Shown: positions 49,635-59,095 of the stretch, one piece after another
Layout of the letters: every line of letters starts with the position of its first letter
Numbering within the stretch: the stretch's first letter is position 1
Assembly: GCA_963783385.1 (NCBI GenBank)
Contig: CAWANJ010000001.1
Coordinates: forward strand, 448,001-512,000
Direction: 5' to 3'
Length of the DNA stretch: 64,000 nucleotides
Origin: an uncultured Gemmatimonadales bacterium
GTDB lineage: Bacteria; Gemmatimonadota; Gemmatimonadetes; Palauibacterales; Palauibacteraceae
Translations under genes and position numbers: made by a program
The notes under the pieces: generated by a model
Database searches by the model: none
What the model saw: only the letters and a program-made list of their open reading frames with translations
What the model was told of the DNA's origin: nothing

Positions 49635-50329
49635 GGCGATAGCCATCCGACGAGCCGTCCGGCCAGCCCCGCCAGGAGGCCCGGAGCCTCGGCCCGGGAG
49701 GGAGGACCCGGGATCCAGCCACGCCACAGCACCTCGCCGGCCCGTGTGTCGATGAGGGCCACGCGTAGCGCGGCGTGGCCCAGGGGCGCTCGGTCCGAGC
49801 TGTCGGACGGCACCTCGCCCGCTGCACCGAGGGAGCCCGCCGGCACGTAGATGAGCCGGAGCGGCAGCGCCACCACCCGGGTGTCCAGGAGCGCCGACAG
49901 CGAGCGAAGCTGGCTGTGCAGGGGCTCGTAGATCACGCCCTTGAACTTCTGGTCCTCGCTCCCGTCCAGTCCCTCGTAGGCCAGGCGCTCGGGATCCACC
50001 TTGAGCAGCGGGTTGCGACGGACCCGCTTGACCACCGTCCCGGGACCGGTCCACTCGCCCGTGCTCCGATGCTCCGACAGGGCGAAGTCGACCTCGGCGT
50101 CGAACGCGTCCACCAGACCCTGGAGAGAGGTCGACCCCCCGGGCCAGGCCCCCGACGGGACGGGACGCGCGCCCTGGAGGGGCAGCACCGTCACGGGCAC
50201 GCCTACCGCCAGGGAGGGCATCCTGTCCTGGGCGCTCGCGCCCACCGGCACGGCTCCGGCGGCCGCCACGGCCACCAGCGCCACCGCTCCGGCGGTCGCG
50301 CCGCCCGGTCTCCAGCCTCGGCTCCTCAC
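49631..50329 (-). CDS. Hypothetical secreted protein
   Basis: Signal peptide ending ASAQ; C-terminal [13 protein letters not shown]; GTGA overlap with the upstream gene. Confidence 0.65.
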   Translation of the reverse strand: MRSRGWRPGGATAGAVALVAVAAAGAVPVGASAQDRMPSLAVGVPVTVLPLQGARPVPSGAWPGGSTSLQGLVDAFDAEVDFALSEHRSTGEWTGPGTVVKRVRRNPLLKVDPERLAYEGLDGSEDQKFKGVIYEPLHSQLRSLSALLDTRVVALPLRLIYVPAGSLGAAGEVPSDSSDRAPLGHAALRVALIDTRAGEVLWRGWIPGPPSRAEAPGLLAGLAGRLVGWLSP

Positions 50330-51057
50330 TCGGTCCGACCTCCGCCTCGCGTTCCGATCTCGGGGACCCCGTCCAGGCACGCCCGGGCCTCTCGTACGTC
50401 GTTGGTCACGATCGCGTCTACACCCCACTCGGCCAAACGTAGCATCACCGCCGGCTCGTCCACCGTCCACGCCTGAACCGTCCGTCCGGACCGGTGGACC
50501 GCTCGCACGAACCCCGGCCGCACGACGGGGATCCCGGCCCGGCGAAGGGGCGTGTGCACGACCTCCGGGAAGCCCGCCGCGGGGACGCCCGGCAACCAGC
50601 GGGCCAAAGCCAGGAACAGGGCCTGCCGTGTCGAGGTGGCGCGCGATCCCGCATAGCCATGGAAGGCAGGCAGGCGGGTGCCGTCCTCGACGTACAGCGT
50701 GGTCTCGGACGTCCGTCCGAAGCGGACGATGAGCTCCACGACCTGGCGGGTGGCTTCCGGCTCCTTGACGTCCACCGTCATCGGCAGGTCACGGTGGAGC
50801 TCGAACACCCGCTCCAACGACGGGACTCCGAGGCCCTCGAGCTCGGCCGCCGTCCGCCCCGACACCGCACCGGTCCGGCCCATCGTCCGGTCCAGGGTCG
50901 GATCGTGGATGACTACCAGCCGGTCGTCCGAGGAGCGCCGGACGTCCAGCTCCAGGCCGTCGGCTCCCAGCTCAGCGGCGAGCGCGAAGGCCTCCAGCGT
51001 GTTCTCGGGCGCCTCCGCGGCGGCCCCGCGGTGGGCCACCACCCGGGGAGGGCTCAC
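50326..51057 (-). CDS. Glycerophosphodiester phosphodiesterase
   Basis: [25 protein letters not shown]. Confidence 0.92.
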   Translation of the reverse strand: MSPPRVVAHRGAAAEAPENTLEAFALAAELGADGLELDVRRSSDDRLVVIHDPTLDRTMGRTGAVSGRTAAELEGLGVPSLERVFELHRDLPMTVDVKEPEATRQVVELIVRFGRTSETTLYVEDGTRLPAFHGYAGSRATSTRQALFLALARWLPGVPAAGFPEVVHTPLRRAGIPVVRPGFVRAVHRSGRTVQAWTVDEPAVMLRLAEWGVDAIVTNDVREARACLDGVPEIGTRGGGRTE

Positions 51058-51064
51058 GCCGGCG

Positions 51065-51304
51065 TCACCGGCGAGCCAGCCCGGCCAGGCCTCCGGCCGC
51101 CGCGGCCACCCCGGCGACCGCCGCCGCCACGGCCAGCGCTCCGTGTCCCGTCGCCGCCAGCCCCGGTCCGGAGAAGGCGAGCGTGAGGCCCCCGAAGCAC
51201 ACCATCAGGGGAACCAGGCCCCGCATCGGACGCCTCCCATGCGCGCCAGCATGCCGGTCCGGCACGGGATCGTCCGCATCACGGGCCGGGATGTCGGCGG
51301 TCAC
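51065..51304 (-). CDS. Small hypothetical membrane protein
   Basis: Fills the operon gap; two hydrophobic segments. Confidence 0.4.
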   Translation of the reverse strand: MTADIPARDADDPVPDRHAGAHGRRPMRGLVPLMVCFGGLTLAFSGPGLAATGHGALAVAAAVAGVAAAAGGLAGLARR

Positions 51305-51311
51305 CGTGGTC

Positions 51312-52562
51312 TCAGGAGACGGATTGGACGCGGTCGATCTCGGCGAGGATCTCGGCGTCGGTGAGGGTGTGGTCGCTCCGCTTGGCCAGCTCGAACAGGG
51401 CGGTGGCCAGCGCGTCGTCCCCCGGATCGTGACCGTGGCTCTCCAGCCAGTAGCGGACGTTGCTCAGCCCCGACACGGGCGAGATCTCGATGCGCTGCTC
51501 GAGGCCGAACTCCGACGCCGGCACGCCACTGTACACGCGGTCGACCAGCCAGGGATCGCCCTTGCGGAGCGCCTTGATGATGGCGGCGGCGTGGACGCCG
51601 GTACCGGTTCGGAAGGCGTCCTCCCCGACGACCGGGTAGTTGTGCGGGATCTCGACCCCGCACATGTCCGCCACCAGCGCGCAGTACTCGGGCAAGCGCG
51701 TGAGGTCGCGGTCGTGCACGCCGAGGAGCTTGAGGTTCACCAGCAGGAGGTCCATCTCCACGTTGCCGACCCGTTCCCCGATGCCCAGGGCCGTGCCATG
51801 CACCCGGTCCACACCCTCCTCGACGGCGGCCAGCGCGTTGGCCAATCCCAGGCCGCGGTCGCGGTGGCCGTGCCAGTCGAGCTTCACCTCCTCGCCCGAC
51901 GCGTCGACCACCTCCCGCGCGAACCGCACCAGGGCCCGTACGCCGTCCGGAGTGGCGTGGCCCACGGTGTCCGCCAGGCAGATCCGACGGGCGCCGCACG
52001 CGATGGCGGTCGTGTACAGCTCGCGCAGAGTTTCGGGACGCGACCGGGTGGTGTCCTCGGTCACGTACATGACGTCGAGCCCCTCCCGGACCGCGAAGCT
52101 CACCGCGTCCTCGGTCGCCCGCAGCATCATGTCGGGCTCCCAGCCCTCCGCGAAGCGCCGGATGGGCGAGCTGCCGATGAAGGCGCCGACCTGCATGCGC
52201 AGGCCCGTGGCCTGCGCGATGTCCACGATCGGCTGGATGTCGGCCCGGACGGTGCGGGCGGCGCAGTTGGGGGCCACCGGAAGACCCTGCTCGGCGATCT
52301 CGCGGGCCAGGGCCAGGGCCGCCTCGCGGGCGCGAGGGCCCGCTCCCGGGAGCCCGATGTCCGCCGACTGGATCCCGAGCTCCGCCATGAGGTGCAGGAG
52401 CTCGAGCTTGCGCTCGATGGGCGGATCCAGGACCGAGGGGTTCTGGAGACCGTCCCGGAGCGTCTCGTCGTCCAGCTCCACCCGGACGCCCGCGTAGTCG
52501 AAGGCGCCCTCCACCCGGTTCCAGTCGTAGATCAGGTCGCTGCTCGCCACCTCGCCCTCCAC
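51312..52562 (-). CDS. LeuA/homocitrate synthase family (DRE-TIM) enzyme, short form lacking the regulatory domain
   Basis: DETLRDGLQ, EDTTR, LADTVG, HGHRDRG, GIGERVGN, TGVHAAA. Confidence 0.88.
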   Translation of the reverse strand: MEGEVASSDLIYDWNRVEGAFDYAGVRVELDDETLRDGLQNPSVLDPPIERKLELLHLMAELGIQSADIGLPGAGPRAREAALALAREIAEQGLPVAPNCAARTVRADIQPIVDIAQATGLRMQVGAFIGSSPIRRFAEGWEPDMMLRATEDAVSFAVREGLDVMYVTEDTTRSRPETLRELYTTAIACGARRICLADTVGHATPDGVRALVRFAREVVDASGEEVKLDWHGHRDRGLGLANALAAVEEGVDRVHGTALGIGERVGNVEMDLLLVNLKLLGVHDRDLTRLPEYCALVADMCGVEIPHNYPVVGEDAFRTGTGVHAAAIIKALRKGDPWLVDRVYSGVPASEFGLEQRIEISPVSGLSNVRYWLESHGHDPGDDALATALFELAKRSDHTLTDAEILAEIDRVQSVS

Positions 52563-52595
52563 GCTACCGTGTGCTTCGGCCGCCCAACGACCGGG

Positions 52596-53597
52596 TCAGG
52601 CGTCGTCCTCGCGGACGGGGCCCTCGACCGACGAGTGGTCTCCGACGTTCAGCCGCCCCGCAACCCGGCGGACCTCGGCGTGGTCGCCGACGATGGAATC
52701 CCTCAACCGACTGTCCTCGACCACGGCCCCTTCGCCGACGATGGAGTCGACCAGGCGGCTCCTCCGCACGACGGCGCCGCTGGCGACGCTGACGTTGGGA
52801 CCGATCTCCGCCTGATCGAGTGTGGCCCCCGGCTCCACCCGCACCGGGTCGTGCACCACGACCCCGGCGCCCTCCGGGTGATTCGCGAGTCCGTGCTCGA
52901 GCAGGATCCTGTTGGTCTCCAGCAGGGTCCCCGGCTTTCCGCAGTCCCACCAGCCCTCGACCTCCGCCGTCCACAGCCGGTCGCCGCGGTCGATCATGTA
53001 CTGGAAGGCATCGGTCAGGAAGTATTCGCCCATGGTGGGCTCCCCATCCATGACGTGGTGGATGCCCTCGAACATGAGGTCCACGTCGCGGATGAAGTAC
53101 ACTCCGATGTTGGCCAGCTTCGAGATCGGCTCCGTCGGCTTCTCCACGATGCGCCGCATGTAGCCGTCCTCGTCGGTGACGATGACGCCGAAGCGCTGGT
53201 AGTCCTCGACCTCCTTGGCCCACACGATGCCGTCGTCGTCCGGTCGACGCTGGATGACTCCGAGGTCGGCCTCGAAGATCGTGTCCACGAACACGATGAG
53301 GACGGGCCCATCCACGTAGGGCTCGGCCAGGCGGATGGCATCGGCGGTCCCCAGCTGGTCCACCTGCTCCACGTAGCGCCGCTCCAGGTCGGCGTGGCGG
53401 GTGTCCAGGTAGTGCCGGATCTGGTCCTGGAGGTGGCCCGTGATACAGATCACCTCGTCCACGCCGACGCCCTGCAGGCGCTCCAGCACGTGGTCGAGCA
53501 CGGGTCGGTTGGCCACCCTCACGAGCGGCTTGGGGCGGGAGTGGGTGTGGGGCCGGAGCCGTGTACCCTTTCCGGCCAGAGGTATGATAGCTTGCAT
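52596..53597 (-). CDS. Sugar-phosphate nucleotidyltransferase with C-terminal LbH domain
   Basis: AGKGTRLRPHT, PKPL, LGTADA, RFGVI, VEKP, WWDCG; hexapeptide repeats. Confidence 0.9.
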   Translation of the reverse strand: MQAIIPLAGKGTRLRPHTHSRPKPLVRVANRPVLDHVLERLQGVGVDEVICITGHLQDQIRHYLDTRHADLERRYVEQVDQLGTADAIRLAEPYVDGPVLIVFVDTIFEADLGVIQRRPDDDGIVWAKEVEDYQRFGVIVTDEDGYMRRIVEKPTEPISKLANIGVYFIRDVDLMFEGIHHVMDGEPTMGEYFLTDAFQYMIDRGDRLWTAEVEGWWDCGKPGTLLETNRILLEHGLANHPEGAGVVVHDPVRVEPGATLDQAEIGPNVSVASGAVVRRSRLVDSIVGEGAVVEDSRLRDSIVGDHAEVRRVAGRLNVGDHSSVEGPVREDDA

Positions 53598-53719
53598 TCG
53601 TCCGTGGATGCGCGTCTACTGGTGGCCGTATGGCCGTCGAAACGTACCCGCGGGGATGGCGGGTAGCAACTTCAATGCCCCCGCCCCCCGCTGCGGTCCG
53701 CACTCCTGCGCGGAGATCG

Positions 53720-54211
53720 ATGGGCGAGACCTGGAAGGCCACCCTTCGGCGGTGGCTCACGGAGAACCGGGCCGACACCCGGGGCGCCGGTGCGCCCTCG
53801 GGCGGCCGCTACGCCGCGTCGTTCGCGCGCGTGTGGGACGAGATCGTCGCCTACGCCGGCGGCCAGCCGCGCTGGCGCATCGTGCACTCCGACGAGACGA
53901 GCGGCATCCTCACCCTCACCTGCCGCTCGCGGGTGTTCCGCTTCGTGGACGACCTCACGGTGTGGGTGTCGCTCGACCGCGAGGGGTTCACGCGGGTGGA
54001 GGCCCGATCCCGGGCGCGGATCGGGCGCGGCGACCTGGGCGTCAACCGTCGCCGCGTCGAGCGCCTGATGGCGCACCTGGACGCGACCTTCGGGCAGGCT
54101 CTAGCCGGCCGACCCGGGATCGACCTCAGGCTGCAGGCCGGGCCTGCCTTCCCCCGCTCCGCACCTGCAGCGTCTCCCCCTCCGAGCGGGCCACCACCGT
54201 CGCCGCCGTGA
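53720..54211 (+). CDS. DUF1499 family protein
   Basis: SRVFRFVDDL, RSRARIGRGDLGVNRRRV; GGAG RBS. Confidence 0.8.
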   Translation: MGETWKATLRRWLTENRADTRGAGAPSGGRYAASFARVWDEIVAYAGGQPRWRIVHSDETSGILTLTCRSRVFRFVDDLTVWVSLDREGFTRVEARSRARIGRGDLGVNRRRVERLMAHLDATFGQALAGRPGIDLRLQAGPAFPRSAPAASPPPSGPPPSPP

Positions 54212-55436
54212 GGTCACCGGTCACGTTGACCGCGGTCCGGCACATGTCCAGGATCCGGTCCACGCCCAGGATGAGCGCGATCCCGGCCGCCGGGTCCACC
54301 GAGGCGGGCAGGGCCTGCTTCAGCACGACGATGAGGATGATGATCCCGGCCGACGGCACGCCCGCGGCGCCGATCGAGGCCAGGGTCGCGGTCGCCACGA
54401 TGCCCAGCTGCGTGGCCAGCGACAGGTGGCCCACCAGCACCTGGGCGATGAACATGGTCGCCACCGCCTGGTAGAGCGCGGTCCCATCCATGTTGATCGT
54501 GGCCCCCAGCGGAAGCACGAAGCTCGACACCTCGGGGCTCACGCCCACCTCCTCCTCGGCCGTCTCCATCGTGATGGGCAGGGTCGCGTTGGAGCTGGAG
54601 GTCGAGAAGGCGATGAGGGGCACCTCCCGGATCCGCCGGAAGAAGTCGATCGGACTCACGCGCGCCAGGAAGCGGAGCGCTGACGTGTAGGTGAGCCCGA
54701 CGTGCAGCGCCAGTCCGAGGAGGACCGTAACGGTATACACGAGAAGGCTCTTCAGCACGTCCGCGCCGAAGCGGGCCAGCACCGCCCCGATGAGGGCGAA
54801 CACGGCGTAGGGGGCCAGCTCCATGATCCAGTGCACCATGACCATGGCAGCCTCGTTCACGCCGTCCACGAACTTGATCACCCCGTCGCGGCGCTCCTCG
54901 GGCAGCACCGAGACGGCCGCGCCGAAGAAGATCGAGAAGAAGATGATCGGCAGCATGTCCCCGGAGGCCATGGCCTGGATCGGGTTCCGCGGGATCATAT
55001 CGAGGATGACGTCCTTGAGGCCGGGGCTCTGCTGGGCGATGCTAACCTGGCTGGCTCCCTCGGCCAGGTAGGTGCTCCGCAGGTTCTGCAGCGCCGTGGG
55101 GTCCATGTGGCTGCCCGGCGCCAGCAGGTTCGACAGGAGGAGCCCGATCGACACGGCCACGGCGGTCGTGCACAGGTAGTAGACGACCGTCTTGCCCCCG
55201 ATGCGGCCGAGCTTGGTGATGTCGCCCAGGCTCGCCGTGCCCACGATGAGGCTGGCCATGACCAGGGGCACCACCACCATGGTGATGAGCCGGATCCACG
55301 CGTTCCCGATCGGCTCGATCCACACGAGCGCGTCCCGGAGCCAGGTCTGGCCCGTCGCGGAGGCGAGCAGGTGCGCCACCACGCCGGCCACGGCACCCAG
55401 AACCAGGGCGAGAGTGATCTTCGTATGGAGCTTCAT
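54126..55436 (-). CDS. Dicarboxylate/amino acid:cation symporter (GltP/DctA family)
   Basis: FSTSSSNATLP, PLGATINMDG, ASIGAAGVP, VDRILDMCRTAVNVTGD. Confidence 0.95.
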   Translation of the reverse strand: MKLHTKITLALVLGAVAGVVAHLLASATGQTWLRDALVWIEPIGNAWIRLITMVVVPLVMASLIVGTASLGDITKLGRIGGKTVVYYLCTTAVAVSIGLLLSNLLAPGSHMDPTALQNLRSTYLAEGASQVSIAQQSPGLKDVILDMIPRNPIQAMASGDMLPIIFFSIFFGAAVSVLPEERRDGVIKFVDGVNEAAMVMVHWIMELAPYAVFALIGAVLARFGADVLKSLLVYTVTVLLGLALHVGLTYTSALRFLARVSPIDFFRRIREVPLIAFSTSSSNATLPITMETAEEEVGVSPEVSSFVLPLGATINMDGTALYQAVATMFIAQVLVGHLSLATQLGIVATATLASIGAAGVPSAGIIILIVVLKQALPASVDPAAGIALILGVDRILDMCRTAVNVTGDLTAATVVARSEGETLQVRSGGRQARPAA

Positions 55437-55580
55437 CGGCGACCCGTTCACGGAGGTGAGCGGCCAGGGCGGGAGTCTGGATCGAAGATAGGCCGGCCCC
55501 GACCCCGGCGGTAGAGTCCGGGGGACCGTATGTTGGCGGGACGGAGCCACGATCGACGCGAAGGGAGGAGACGGGAAGGC

Positions 55581-56555
55581 ATGCTCAGAGGCGCGGTGCG
55601 ACAGCTCCGGTGGAGGCCTTGGACGCGGGGCGTTCTCGCCGGCGCGCTCGCCCTCGCCTCGGCCTGCTCCGGAGGGGAGCCCCCCGCGAACGGGAACGAG
55701 ACGCTGCCCCGCCCGGCGGCCTCGACCCCGGTCGCGGTCACTCCGGCCCGCTACGTGACCGACCTCGCCTTCGCGGGCTTCGCGGCTGCGGCGCCGTCCG
55801 CGCTCCTACGCTTCCGGAACGACGTCAGCGCTGGAAGCCTCGCCCGCCGCTACCGTGTCTGGGTGGGCCGCGGCGGCCGCTGGGACACCGCCCTGTCGGT
55901 GTCCGACAGCCTGCCCGTGCCGCGCGCCGCGTGGCGGATCCTGCCCGGCCACGGCCTCAGAGTGCTGGCTGCCAGCGGCGGGGAGCTGGCGGGCCTGGTC
56001 TTGCGCGGCCAGGGCACCGCCTTCCAGATCGAGCCGGGCAAGGTCCTCGATGAATGGACCAGCCCCACCGGCCAGCGCTCGCGCCTTTTGCTGGCCTCCT
56101 GGGCCGAGGGAGACGAGCCCGCGACCGGACTCCTGTTCGAGCGCCGGGAGGCGCGGCCGTTCGAGGCGCCGCCTCCCCGGACGCTGGAGGAGGCCTTCCT
56201 GGCCACGGACGCCGCCGGCAACGGCGTGCTGGTCCTCAGGGACGCGGGGGACGAGAACCCCGACCGCGCGGCCACGACCGTGTACACGTGGCTGGATGGC
56301 CGGGAGGCCCGCTGGCCCGAGAGCCGCATGGACGTCCGCGCCGCACCGGGGGGCTCGGGCTGGTCCATCCGGATCGCGGAAGCCGGCCTCGACCTCTCCC
56401 TGACGTACGGGCCGCGCGTCGTGGACGACACGGTCGTGGCCGACACGACCTCGGGGGGCGCCGGCGTCAGGCTGCACGCCCTGCGCGGCACCCTGCGGCT
56501 CGCGGGCCGGGCCCGGTCCGCGCACGGCCTGGCCTTCCTGGTCCGCGGGCCGTGA
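55581..56555 (+). CDS. Hypothetical lipoprotein
   Basis: Lipobox LASAC; GGAGGAG upstream; beta-rich sequence. Confidence 0.65.
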   Translation: MLRGAVRQLRWRPWTRGVLAGALALASACSGGEPPANGNETLPRPAASTPVAVTPARYVTDLAFAGFAAAAPSALLRFRNDVSAGSLARRYRVWVGRGGRWDTALSVSDSLPVPRAAWRILPGHGLRVLAASGGELAGLVLRGQGTAFQIEPGKVLDEWTSPTGQRSRLLLASWAEGDEPATGLLFERREARPFEAPPPRTLEEAFLATDAAGNGVLVLRDAGDENPDRAATTVYTWLDGREARWPESRMDVRAAPGGSGWSIRIAEAGLDLSLTYGPRVVDDTVVADTTSGGAGVRLHALRGTLRLAGRARSAHGLAFLVRGP

Positions 56556-56577
56556 GGCGTCCGGGAGGATCGTCACC

Positions 56578-58146
56578 GTGAACTGGCCGCGAGCCCTGCT
56601 CACCGTGGCTTTCGGGGCCCTGGCGGGCGGCGTGACCAACCGGGTCGCCATCTGGATGCTCTTCCACCCGTATCGGCCCCTCCGCCTGCTCGGAGTGGAG
56701 CTGTCGTGGCTCCAGGGGGCCGTCCCCAAGAACCGCGAGCGTCTGGCCCGATCCATCGGCCGAACGGTCGGAACCCGGCTCCTCACGTCGGACGACCTCG
56801 CGGAGGCCCTCCGGACCAGCCACCTGCGCGAGGCCTTCGAGGGTCGGCTCCGGGACGTGGTGCGCGAAGGTGTCTCCCGGCCGCGGCCGTCGCTGAGCGC
56901 CATGCTCCCGGAGCCCGCGCTCGCCGAAGTGCGGGGTGTGCTCACGCGGGCCGTCGAGAGCGGTCGGGAGGGCCTCGCCGGCCTCCTGGGGTCGGAGGAG
57001 TTCGGACCCGCCGCCGCCGACCTCCTGGCGGCGGTGGGAACGGCCCTGGACCGCGACGCCGGGTCGTCCGAGGGATCGTCCGAGGCCGCCGGCGTCCGGG
57101 TGCTCCGCCGCCGGCTGGGGGACTGGGCCGCACAGGCCGTCGAGACGGACGCCTTCGAGGTGGCCCTGCGCCGCCAGCTTCGCAGGGCGTCGGCCGAGCT
57201 TCTCCGGCCGGGGCGCACGCTGCGCGAGATCGTGCCCGCCGGCGTCGCCGGAGCGCTCGAGGACGCCGTGGCCGACCACCTCCCGGCCCTCCTCGAACGG
57301 CTGGGCAGGCTGCTCGAGGACCCCGCCGCCCGCGCCCGCTTCGAGTCGGCCGTGCACGAGCTGCTCGAGCGCTTCATGCGGGACCTGCGGTTCCATCAGC
57401 GAGTGGTGGCCCGGCTGGTGGTCACCGAGGAGACGGTGGACCGGGTGATCGCCACGCTGGAGGCCGAGGGCGCCGAGCGCCTCGGGGAGCTGCTGCGCGA
57501 GGAGGAGGTCCAGGCCGCCATGGCCCGCAGCGCGAACCGCTCCCTGGAGGAGCTCCTGGACCGCCCGGCCCGGGAGGTGCTGGGAGGCTCGGACGGCACG
57601 CGCGTGGATCGTGTCCTCGACGCCCTCGCCGACTGGCTCCTGCGGATCGCCCGGGACGAGGGCACGCGGCGCTTCGTGCTGGACCGAATGGAGGCGGCGG
57701 CCCGGGCGCGCGGCCGCGCCGGGTGGGAAGATCTCCTGCGTCAGGTCCCGGCCGACCGCATCGGACGGTGGCTCGGGTCGGCGCTCGAGTCCGAGGCGGG
57801 CCGGACCCTGTGGGAGGAGGTCTCGGGCCGCCTCGTGGACGGCCTCCTGGAACGACCCATCGGCGTCCCGGCCCGCTTCCTGGGTGCCGGCGGCTCCGAC
57901 CGCCTGTGCGAGATCCTGGCTCCTCCCCTGTGGGAGTGGATCGCAGGCGAGATCCCGTCCGCCGCGGCCCGCGTGCGGATCGACGAGCGGGTGGAGGAGA
58001 AGATCCGCGACTTCCCGCTCACCGAGCTCGAAGCCCTGGTCCGGACGGTGACGCAGCGAGAGCTCGACCTCATCGTGCGCCTCGGCTACGTGCTCGGCGC
58101 CATCATCGGGGGGTTGCTCGTGGTGGCCAACGCGCTGGTGAGCTGA
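56578..58146 (+). CDS. DUF445 family protein
   Basis: GGVTNRVAIWMLFHP, GAVPKNRERLARSIG, ELDLIVRLGYVLGAIIG. Confidence 0.88.
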   Translation: MNWPRALLTVAFGALAGGVTNRVAIWMLFHPYRPLRLLGVELSWLQGAVPKNRERLARSIGRTVGTRLLTSDDLAEALRTSHLREAFEGRLRDVVREGVSRPRPSLSAMLPEPALAEVRGVLTRAVESGREGLAGLLGSEEFGPAAADLLAAVGTALDRDAGSSEGSSEAAGVRVLRRRLGDWAAQAVETDAFEVALRRQLRRASAELLRPGRTLREIVPAGVAGALEDAVADHLPALLERLGRLLEDPAARARFESAVHELLERFMRDLRFHQRVVARLVVTEETVDRVIATLEAEGAERLGELLREEEVQAAMARSANRSLEELLDRPAREVLGGSDGTRVDRVLDALADWLLRIARDEGTRRFVLDRMEAAARARGRAGWEDLLRQVPADRIGRWLGSALESEAGRTLWEEVSGRLVDGLLERPIGVPARFLGAGGSDRLCEILAPPLWEWIAGEIPSAAARVRIDERVEEKIRDFPLTELEALVRTVTQRELDLIVRLGYVLGAIIGGLLVVANALVS

Positions 58147-58179
58147 CCGGCCGAGCCGACACGGGCCCGGAAGGAGCGA

Positions 58180-58674
58180 TCAGCCCACCCCCCAGGCCGA
58201 GCGGGCGGCCTCCCGCTCGGCGGCGTCGGCGGCGGCCACCCGCACCGTGCGGCCCTCCAGTCCCTCCACCCAGGTCGAGAGGAGGGAGCGCATGAGCCCG
58301 CACGCCGTTCTCGGCTCCAGCGCCCCGGGGCCGGTGCCGAGCACGGGCGTCGTGAGGGTGCGCACGTCCCACTCGGTCGCCCTCCGGAGAGCGTTGCGGA
58401 GCGCGTCCGAGACGTTCCGCGAACCCACCGGCTCGTCCCTGGAGCATACGGCCAGGTGGATCACGAACTCGCACGCCAGGCCCCCCGGGTCGGTGATCGC
58501 CGCGGAGCCGACCGGCAGGGGGCCCTGTGCGGAGCAGCGCTCGAGCCAGCCCGGGCCCGCGGACAGGTCGAGGGCGCGGACCTCGGGCGTGGTGGGCGAC
58601 CAGTCGGACCGCGTCGGCCGCAGGACCGCCCCGACCGACACGTCGGCCAGGCCTTCACCGACGACCACGATCAT
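58180..58674 (-). CDS. Macro domain protein (degenerate)
   Basis: VVGEGLA, GPLPVGSAAITDPGGL..EFVIH, PVLGTGPG. Confidence 0.75.
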   Translation of the reverse strand: MIVVVGEGLADVSVGAVLRPTRSDWSPTTPEVRALDLSAGPGWLERCSAQGPLPVGSAAITDPGGLACEFVIHLAVCSRDEPVGSRNVSDALRNALRRATEWDVRTLTTPVLGTGPGALEPRTACGLMRSLLSTWVEGLEGRTVRVAAADAAEREAARSAWGVG

Positions 58675-58719
58675 CGGACCGGCGGGCGCCGACGCCGCGA
58701 GCGGCGATGGGCCGGGACG

Positions 58720-59091
58720 TCACGCATCCGCGACCTCTCCGGCGACCCACGCCAGGTAGGAAGCCGACCCCCCTGCCGCGGGCACGGCGACCACCTCCGG
58801 CTCCTCGTAGGGGTGCAGCGCCCGGATCCGGGCCGTGAGCTCCTCCAGCCGGGCCCCGGTCGTCTTGAGGATGGCCAGCGCCTCTTCGGCCTCCTCCACG
58901 GCCCCGCCCCACCGGTAGACCGAGCGCACGCCATCGAGCACGTTCGCGCAGGCGGCGAGATGCTCGTCGACCAGGGTCCTGGCGAGCGCGAGAAGGACAT
59001 CGGTATCGGGGCCCGTGACGAACACCACACACACCCAGGGCGTCGGCGCGGATCCCGGCGGACCCCCACGGCCCGGCTCCCGGGATCCCAC
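58720..59091 (-). CDS. cutA: Divalent-cation tolerance protein CutA
   Basis: LAACAN, SVYRWGG, LKT, HPYEEPEV, YLAW. Confidence 0.93.
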   Translation of the reverse strand: MGSREPGRGGPPGSAPTPWVCVVFVTGPDTDVLLALARTLVDEHLAACANVLDGVRSVYRWGGAVEEAEEALAILKTTGARLEELTARIRALHPYEEPEVVAVPAAGGSASYLAWVAGEVADA

Positions 59092-59095
59092 CGGC

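Noticed and set aside
54126-54211. 86-bp convergent overlap of the DUF1499 and symporter genes
   Set aside because: Low-complexity C-terminal tail; 3' overlaps are common in GC-rich genomes and could reflect a missed stop
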